10,614 nucleotides of DNA, from the NCBI GenBank assembly GCA_039591655.1, contig JBDHDE010000075.1, positions 1 through 10,614 of the forward strand, written 5' to 3'. A program made the translations under genes and the position numbers. The notes under the pieces are model-generated. The model was not told the DNA's origin and searched no databases. It was given only the letters and a program-made list of their open reading frames with translations. This DNA is from Gemmatimonadota bacterium. Its GTDB lineage: Bacteria; Gemmatimonadota; Gemmatimonadetes; Gemmatimonadales; GWC2-71-9. This document shows, in pieces, positions 1 to 4,629 of the stretch (positions are counted from its first letter, which is position 1; each line of letters starts with the position of its first letter).

Positions 1-1
1 G

Positions 2-775
2 GCGCGGTTGGGTGTCCCCGTCGTGCCGGTGGGGATCAGCGGCGCCTACGACTCGGGCCCCCGCTGGTCGGACGTGGTGCGGCGGCGCCCGGTGCGTGTG
101 CGCGCCGGTCCCGCCGTGCATTTCAGCGGCCGCTCACCGACGGCAGCCATCGACCAGGCCATCCTCCCCCTGCTGGAGGAGAACCCGCAGCCGGTGCACC
201 TGGACGGGCTCCCGCGTGAGAAGCTTCATCGGGTCCTGTGGCGTTGCCCGGCGTGCTCGGAGGGAGAGCCCTGGCGGCCCGCTCTGCTGGAGTGTGCAGG
301 ATGCGGAGCACGGTTCACCGAGCGAGGTGGCCGGTTCGCCGACTCGGCAGGCAAGCTCATGAGCCTGGCAGATCTCGGAGATCTCGGCGAGCGGGTGCGC
401 AGCGTTGTGGACCAGGGGGACGTCGTGGTGCGGGCGGGCGTGTGGCGCGAGCGTTGCATGTTCGGACCCATCGAGCCCCTCGAGCCGCTGGGTGAGGGTC
501 TGGTGACGCTGGGTCCGGCGGGTGTGCGGTTCGGGGACCTGCATATCCCCATCGAGGCAATCATCAGCGTCGGGACGGAGCGCGCGGACACGCTGCAGGT
601 GGCCACGCGGGACGGGATGTGGCAGGTGCGCCTGCTAGATGGGTCGGCGTTTCGGTTGCATCTCGCTGTGAACCGGTGGCGCGGCGTCGCGGCAGCCCCG
701 GGCCGGGGCACCGCCGCGCCGGCCTTCGAGGCGCAGGAGGAGGCGGCCAGGACGCCGAAGGAAGCGGCCTCGTGA
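2..775 (+). CDS. 5'-truncated lysophospholipid (1-acyl-sn-glycerol-3-phosphate, PlsC-like) acyltransferase family protein with C-terminal Cys4 Zn-ribbon and PH-like extension
   Basis: The frame is open from position 2 (ARLGVPVVPVGISGAYDSGPRW..RRRPVRVRAGP), matching the PlsC C-terminal block 'GVPVVPVxIxG...P....r...v.v..G.p'. It is followed by LWRCPAC-x11-CAGC and a beta-rich tail. The catalytic HxxxxD and FPEG motifs would lie upstream of the window, and the TTG at 8 is probably not the real start. Confidence 0.7.
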   Translation, partial: ARLGVPVVPVGISGAYDSGPRWSDVVRRRPVRVRAGPAVHFSGRSPTAAIDQAILPLLEENPQPVHLDGLPREKLHRVLWRCPACSEGEPWRPALLECAGCGARFTERGGRFADSAGKLMSLADLGDLGERVRSVVDQGDVVVRAGVWRERCMFGPIEPLEPLGEGLVTLGPAGVRFGDLHIPIEAIISVGTERADTLQVATRDGMWQVRLLDGSAFRLHLAVNRWRGVAAAPGRGTAAPAFEAQEEAARTPKEAAS

Positions 776-1383
776 GCCCGGAGCCACTGCTCGAGGCCAG
801 GCACCTGGCAAAGTCGTTCGGCAGGCGGCGCGTGCTCACGGACGCCAGCATAACCGTGCGTTCGGGGGAGCTCGTCGGCGTCACCGGCGAGAACGGATCG
901 GGGAAGACCACCCTGCTCAAGATCTTGGTGGGCCTGCTCCGGGCCGACGGCGGAGAGCTGATGCACGACGGAAGGCTGGGGTACTGCCCGCAGGAACCGC
1001 TGGTGTTCGATCGGCTCAGCGTCGCGGAGAACCTCTCTTACTTCGCCACCGCGTACGGGCTGGCCGATTGGCGTCCCACCATGGCTCGCTGGGCGGAGCG
1101 GCTCAGGTTCGAGCCGCACCTCGGGCAACTCGTGGGCGAGCTGAGCGGCGGAACGCGCCAGAAGCTCAACCTGGCGCTGGCGCTGCTGCACGAGCCGAAC
1201 ATCCTCCTACTGGACGAGCCGTACGCGGCGTTCGACTGGGAGACCTACCTGCGCTTCTGGGAGACAGCGGATGCGCTCCGGTCTGAAGGCCGCGGGCTCC
1301 TGGTTGTGTCTCATCTGGTCTACGACCGGTCGAGGTTCGACCGGGTGTGCGACCTGGCCGAGGGAGTGCTCCGGTGCGACTGA
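772..1383 (+). CDS. ABC transporter ATP-binding protein (exporter type), 203 aa
   Basis: Walker A GENGSGKTT, Q-loop YCPQE, signature LSGG, Walker B ILLLDEP and H-loop VVSH are all present. The start is placed at GTG 772, which overlaps the upstream TGA (GTGA) and has AAGGAAG upstream, rather than at the ORF-track start at 619. Confidence 0.93.
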   Translation: MSPEPLLEARHLAKSFGRRRVLTDASITVRSGELVGVTGENGSGKTTLLKILVGLLRADGGELMHDGRLGYCPQEPLVFDRLSVAENLSYFATAYGLADWRPTMARWAERLRFEPHLGQLVGELSGGTRQKLNLALALLHEPNILLLDEPYAAFDWETYLRFWETADALRSEGRGLLVVSHLVYDRSRFDRVCDLAEGVLRCD

Positions 1384-2141
1384 GGCAGCTGGGAACGGCG
1401 TGGAGCCTCACCCTGCGGGGCCTGGTGCGGCGCCGCATCGTGCTCCTGCTGCTCTTTCTTGTGCCGTCACTCTTCTCGGGCCTCATAGTGCTCACCACTA
1501 CGCTGAGGCCCATACGCTTCCAGCTGGCATCGCTCGGCGACACCGTGTTCGTGACCGTGCCGCAGCGGCACGAGGGCCTCGTGTTCATCTGCCTCACCGC
1601 CGTGGCGGTGCTCACCGCGTTCCTGGCGCTCGACCTGGTGCGGCGGGATGCCGAGGTGAACCGCCGGCTCGTCCTCTGCGGCTATCGACCCTCGGAGCTC
1701 ATAGCGGCACGGCTCGGGGTGCTGCTCTGCGTGATCGTGGTGGTGGCGGGTTACGTCGTCCTGATCCTGCCGTTGTTCTTCACTCCGGAGCGCTTCGGCC
1801 TCGTCCTCCTGGGGTTGATCCTCGGCGGGTGGGTATACGGCTGCTACGGCCTTCTGGTCGGAGCCGTGTTCCGCCGGGAGCTCGAGGGCGTGCTCTTCGT
1901 CGTGCTCCTCGCCGTCATCGACGTCGGCTGGCTGCAGAATCCCATCTACTACGCCGAGGCCCAGAACCAGGCGATCATCCGTGCACTCCCGGCGTATCTC
2001 CCCGCGCAGGTAAGCATGGCCGCGGCCTTCACCACGGAGTCGGTGCTGCGCCCGGTCGTGGGGAGCTTGGTATACGGCTCCGTGCTTCTCGTGGCAGCGC
2101 TGCTCATCTACGCGCTGCGCATGCGGGCGGGGAGCCGATGA
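1374..2141 (+). CDS. ABC-2 type transporter permease, about 6 TM helices, 255 aa
   Basis: About six long hydrophobic segments and an ABC-2-like cytoplasmic loop (RRDAEVNRRLVLCGYRPSELIAARL). GTG at 1374 has GAGGGAG (1360-1366) upstream and overlaps the 3' end of the ATPase gene. Confidence 0.85.
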   Translation: MRLRQLGTAWSLTLRGLVRRRIVLLLLFLVPSLFSGLIVLTTTLRPIRFQLASLGDTVFVTVPQRHEGLVFICLTAVAVLTAFLALDLVRRDAEVNRRLVLCGYRPSELIAARLGVLLCVIVVVAGYVVLILPLFFTPERFGLVLLGLILGGWVYGCYGLLVGAVFRRELEGVLFVVLLAVIDVGWLQNPIYYAEAQNQAIIRALPAYLPAQVSMAAAFTTESVLRPVVGSLVYGSVLLVAALLIYALRMRAGSR

Positions 2142-2144
2142 GGG

Positions 2145-2822
2145 CTAGCTAGCCCGCTTCACCCTCGCTACCAGCCGATCCGCCAGCCGCGTCGGCTCCG
2201 GCAGCCGGTAGCCTACGCCGCACTGCAACACGATGCGCTCTGCGGTCTCCAGGTCGATGCGGTGTCCCACGCTCACGTAGACCGGCCGCACGCCGTCTCG
2301 GGTGCGGAGCACCGTGCCCACGCGCTCTCCCTCGTGCCTCAGAGCCACCCGCGAGCCGCGCTTCCGCGCCGGCTCCCCGTGATTGCCTACGAGCGGGCTC
2401 TTGGCGCACCCGACCGTGGGGCGGTCACAGATGACACCGACGTGGCACGCCAAGCCGAAGCGCCGCGGGTGGGCCAGCCCATGAGCGTCGCACATGATGG
2501 CGTCGGGCTCGCGGCGCAGCTTGCGCAGGGCGGCGATCACCGCGGGCGCCTCCCGGAAAGAGAGGAGTCCGGGAACGTAGGGAAAGGTGAGGGGCCGCTC
2601 GGCGATGCGCTCTTCGAGCGCAACCTGACGCTGGGCATCCCACAACACCGCTGCTGCAATGCAGCGCGTCCCATCGTGCGAGAACGCGGCGTCGACGCCG
2701 GCCACCAGCCGGATCTCCTTGCCCGGCGCCGTCAGGCGCACCGTGCCTGCCAGCCGCCGTTGGATCGCCATCGCCCTTCGGGGTGTGACGTCCCAGCGGT
2801 GGGGGACGCGGGGAATCCTCAT
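2145..2822 (-). CDS. nfi: Endonuclease V (deoxyinosine 3'-endonuclease), 225 aa
   Basis: VAGVD (catalytic Asp), wedge PYVPG, LSFRE (Glu), CDAHGLAHPRRFGLACHVG (Asp), GCAKS, PVYVSVGH and YRLPEPTRLAD are all hallmark EndoV motifs. Confidence 0.96.
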   Translation of the reverse strand: MRIPRVPHRWDVTPRRAMAIQRRLAGTVRLTAPGKEIRLVAGVDAAFSHDGTRCIAAAVLWDAQRQVALEERIAERPLTFPYVPGLLSFREAPAVIAALRKLRREPDAIMCDAHGLAHPRRFGLACHVGVICDRPTVGCAKSPLVGNHGEPARKRGSRVALRHEGERVGTVLRTRDGVRPVYVSVGHRIDLETAERIVLQCGVGYRLPEPTRLADRLVARVKRAS

Positions 2823-2849
2823 CTGCGATCGGTTGGAGGTGACGCTCCG

Positions 2850-3341
2850 CTAGCGCGCACTTCCCCGTCCCTTCCGCAGCTCCAGCAGCGCCTCGAGCTC
2901 GTGGATCCGCTCGAGATCCCTCGCACGCCTCGCCGTGCGCTTGGCCTTGAGGAGCGCCGGCAGACTCAACACCCGGATTCCACAGCCGGCAAACTCGGCC
3001 TCCACAGATTGCTTCACAACCTCGGCGAATTGGCCGACGCCTTCCACCGCGTCCATCACGTCCAAATCGCCCAGGGTCGTGGTGAGCATCAGCACGTGCG
3101 AGGTCTCCAACGACTTCGCGTCCATCACGAACGGCAGATCCGGTTCCACGCCGCGCAGGCACGCATTCAACCGTGCAAGCAACGCCGCGAGCCGCTCGCG
3201 GTTGTCCGGCGCGGGATCGTAGCAGATATCCAGATCGACCGTGACGCGGGCCGACCCGTGCACCGCCGCCGCCACGCCGCCAACGATCACGAACTCGACA
3301 CCCGCGTCCGCGAGTCCGGCGATCATCTCGGCGAGCCGCAT
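2850..3341 (-). CDS. Nucleotidyltransferase of the AbiEii/DUF6036-like (Pol-beta superfamily) group; putative toxin, 163 aa
   Basis: N-terminal FVIVGGVAAAVHG..R.T.DLD motif (GG plus DxD), a third acidic strand (GDLDV), and C-terminal L..LL.AK....R.RD. The ATG overlaps the upstream stop codon (TGATG, 3339-3343). Confidence 0.82.
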   Translation of the reverse strand: MRLAEMIAGLADAGVEFVIVGGVAAAVHGSARVTVDLDICYDPAPDNRERLAALLARLNACLRGVEPDLPFVMDAKSLETSHVLMLTTTLGDLDVMDAVEGVGQFAEVVKQSVEAEFAGCGIRVLSLPALLKAKRTARRARDLERIHELEALLELRKGRGSAR

Positions 3342-3832
3342 CAGCCTGCCACCCTGACGGACTCGAGGAACCGGAGCGTGTCGTCCAGCCGGCGCAGCCG
3401 CTCCTCCGGCGTGAGCTTCAGCGACTCCTCCAACAGGGTGATATCGATGCCGTACTCGCGGGCCCCGGCGATGCCCCGCTTGGGCCGCTTGCGTGGCCGA
3501 CCCCGCTTCCGCTCAGCGTAGTAGGCCCGGGATAGAGACAGCCGTACTGCGAAGTTGGAGAGGAAGCGCTTCAGGTCGACGGTGAGCGCCACTGCGCCTC
3601 CGGCGCCCTGCAACTGCCAGAACCCGCGCTGCGGCCAGGACGCCAGCGCCTCCCGCGCCAAGGGATGGGTGTTCACCAGCGGCATTCCATACGCCTCGTT
3701 GAGCATGCGCGCAAACGCCAACTGCTTGGCGCCCCCGACGGTGTACCTCGGGGGCAGAGCCAGGACGGCCATGGCGTTCTGGACCCAGCGCTTGGGGGCG
3801 CCGACGGCAGTGCTGAACTGGCCGAGGGTCAC
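3341..3832 (-). CDS. Putative antitoxin / DNA-binding protein: N-terminal HTH-like region, AT-hook RKRGRPRK, C-terminal YGIDITLLEESLKLTPEERL motif, 163 aa
   Basis: MTLGQFSTAVGAPKRWVQN resembles a MerR/excisionase-type HTH start. RKRGRPRK is encoded at 3488-3511. The C-terminal motif (3395-3454) resembles small proteins I recall upstream of this nucleotidyltransferase type. It is translationally coupled to the downstream gene, and its GTG start at 3832 has no Shine-Dalgarno (SD) sequence. Confidence 0.7.
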   Translation of the reverse strand: MTLGQFSTAVGAPKRWVQNAMAVLALPPRYTVGGAKQLAFARMLNEAYGMPLVNTHPLAREALASWPQRGFWQLQGAGGAVALTVDLKRFLSNFAVRLSLSRAYYAERKRGRPRKRPKRGIAGAREYGIDITLLEESLKLTPEERLRRLDDTLRFLESVRVAG

Positions 3833-3864
3833 ATATTAAATATGTATGGTTACTATACATATTT
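3831..3864. promoter_or_regulatory. Palindromic operator, candidate autoregulatory site
   Basis: Perfect 10-bp inverted repeat AAATATGTAT (3838-3847), ggttact, ATACATATTT (3855-3864). A second palindrome ACATATT-A-AATATGT (3831-3845) overlaps it. Together they cover the -10, the spacer, part of the -35 and the start codon. Confidence 0.72.
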
Positions 3865-3867
3865 CAA
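3833..3867 (-). promoter_or_regulatory. Sigma70-type promoter, probably leaderless, for the antitoxin-nucleotidyltransferase operon
   Basis: Minus strand reads TTGAAA (3867-3862), 17 nt, CATATT (3844-3839), 6 nt, GTG start (3832). Confidence 0.7.
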
Positions 3868-3872
3868 TTACC

Positions 3873-3899
3873 CGGGGAACGGGAAGTGAATGTTCCCCG
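3873..3899 (-). terminator. GC-rich hairpin downstream of the DinB gene; possible weak terminator
   Basis: CGGGGAAC (3873-3880) and GTTCCCCG (3892-3899) form an 8-bp stem with an 11-nt loop, 21 nt after the DinB stop. There is no clear U-tract (GGTAATT follows on the minus strand). Confidence 0.4.
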
Positions 3900-3920
3900 C
3901 CGCGATCTGGTGGGGCTGCC

Positions 3921-4394
3921 CTACTTCTCGTCTGCCGACGGCCCGTACACCCCCGGCACTTTGAGTCCGGCCTGGCGCATCAGTACCGTCATCTGCCCCC
4001 GGTGGTGGATCTCGTGGTGCAGCACCACCATCAGGGTGACCCCCCGGGGCCACTCCCGGCCGTACAGACGATCCCGGACCGTGAGCGTCTCGTCGCTCCA
4101 CTCCCGCTCCACAGCGGCCGCCAGGGCCTTGGCGGCATCCACGTAGGTTGAGTGGATCTCTGCGGCGCGGGACGGTGCCGGGTCCCCCTTCGCCGGCGCA
4201 TCCCATTCGAGCCCCGTCTTTCCCAGGATCCCCCGCTGCGACACGACCACGTGCCACGCCAGCTCGCCCAGCGTCCGGTAGCCGGCGGCCACTTGCTGGC
4301 CCAGTGACCCGTCGCTGAGCTGCGCCATGAGCCGGGCCGTCTCGGCCGACTCGTGCGCCCAGGTAGACAGGAAGTGCTTCACCTTCAGGAACAT
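3921..4394 (-). CDS. DinB/YfiT-like family protein (four-helix bundle, His-triad metal site), 157 aa
   Basis: RTLGELAWH and LHHEIHHRGQMTVLMRQAGLKVPGVYGPS are typical DinB-family motifs. The start is placed at ATG 4394 because GGGGAG lies 7 nt upstream. The ORF-track start at 4409 is the alternative. Confidence 0.88.
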   Translation of the reverse strand: MFLKVKHFLSTWAHESAETARLMAQLSDGSLGQQVAAGYRTLGELAWHVVVSQRGILGKTGLEWDAPAKGDPAPSRAAEIHSTYVDAAKALAAAVEREWSDETLTVRDRLYGREWPRGVTLMVVLHHEIHHRGQMTVLMRQAGLKVPGVYGPSADEK

Positions 4395-4559
4395 TCTCGG
4401 TCTCCCCATGCTCTTTGCGGGCTCGCAACACTGGGGCTCGCGCCGATCCGGGCCCCGCTCCCACGCCGACCACCAGCGTAGCGCCCGCTCCCCGCCTGCG
4501 ACAGCCCGCCGCGGAACTCACGACCTCGGCTCCCCGTTTCCCACGCGGTGGTCATCAAC

Positions 4560-4588
4560 TCGACGGGGGTTCCGGCCCCCTCTATCTT
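4560..4588 (+). promoter_or_regulatory. Candidate sigma70-type promoter for kgd/sucA
   Basis: TCGACG (4560-4565), 17 nt, TATCTT (4583-4588), ending 41 nt upstream of the GTG start at 4630. Confidence 0.4.
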
Positions 4589-4629
4589 GAGGCTTCCCCG
4601 AGCATCACACGAGCAGGTTTCGGTACACC

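Noticed and set aside
619..771. N-terminal extension of the ABC ATPase ORF
   Set aside because: It overlaps the acyltransferase CDS and is low-complexity Arg/Gly/Ala. GTG 772, coupled to the upstream stop, gives a normal ABC N-terminus (EPLLEARHLAKSFG).
2262..3521. 419-aa + strand ORF, and other long shadow ORFs such as 226..1191, 1271..2152, 4987..5751, 6628..7446 and 7095..7919
   Set aside because: They are antisense or off-frame to well-supported genes, with Arg/Pro/Ala/His-rich composition typical of stop-poor frames in high-GC DNA and no recognisable motifs.
3891..3918. TGTTCCCCGC...GGGG resembling the start of a type I-E CRISPR repeat
   Set aside because: Single copy with no spacers or cas genes. 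It is better explained as one arm of the 3873-3899 hairpin.
2823..3920. TA pair as a discrete mobile element
   Set aside because: I found no transposase or integrase, terminal inverted repeats or flanking target duplication. Horizontal acquisition remains possible but is unsupported here.
3921..4394. Calling the DinB-family gene DNA polymerase IV (dinB), or part of a DNA-repair operon with nfi
   Set aside because: The protein is the unrelated small DinB/YfiT four-helix family. It is separated from the downstream genes by a hairpin and an independent promoter.
4410..4560. Short direct repeats (GGGCTCGC x2, CCCGCTCCC x2) and possible structured RNA in the DinB-sucA intergenic region
   Set aside because: 8-9 bp GC-rich repeats are expected by chance at this composition, and I could not recognise a riboswitch or ncRNA consensus (for example, no TPP-riboswitch CTGAGA core in the leader). 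An Rfam/Infernal scan would settle it.
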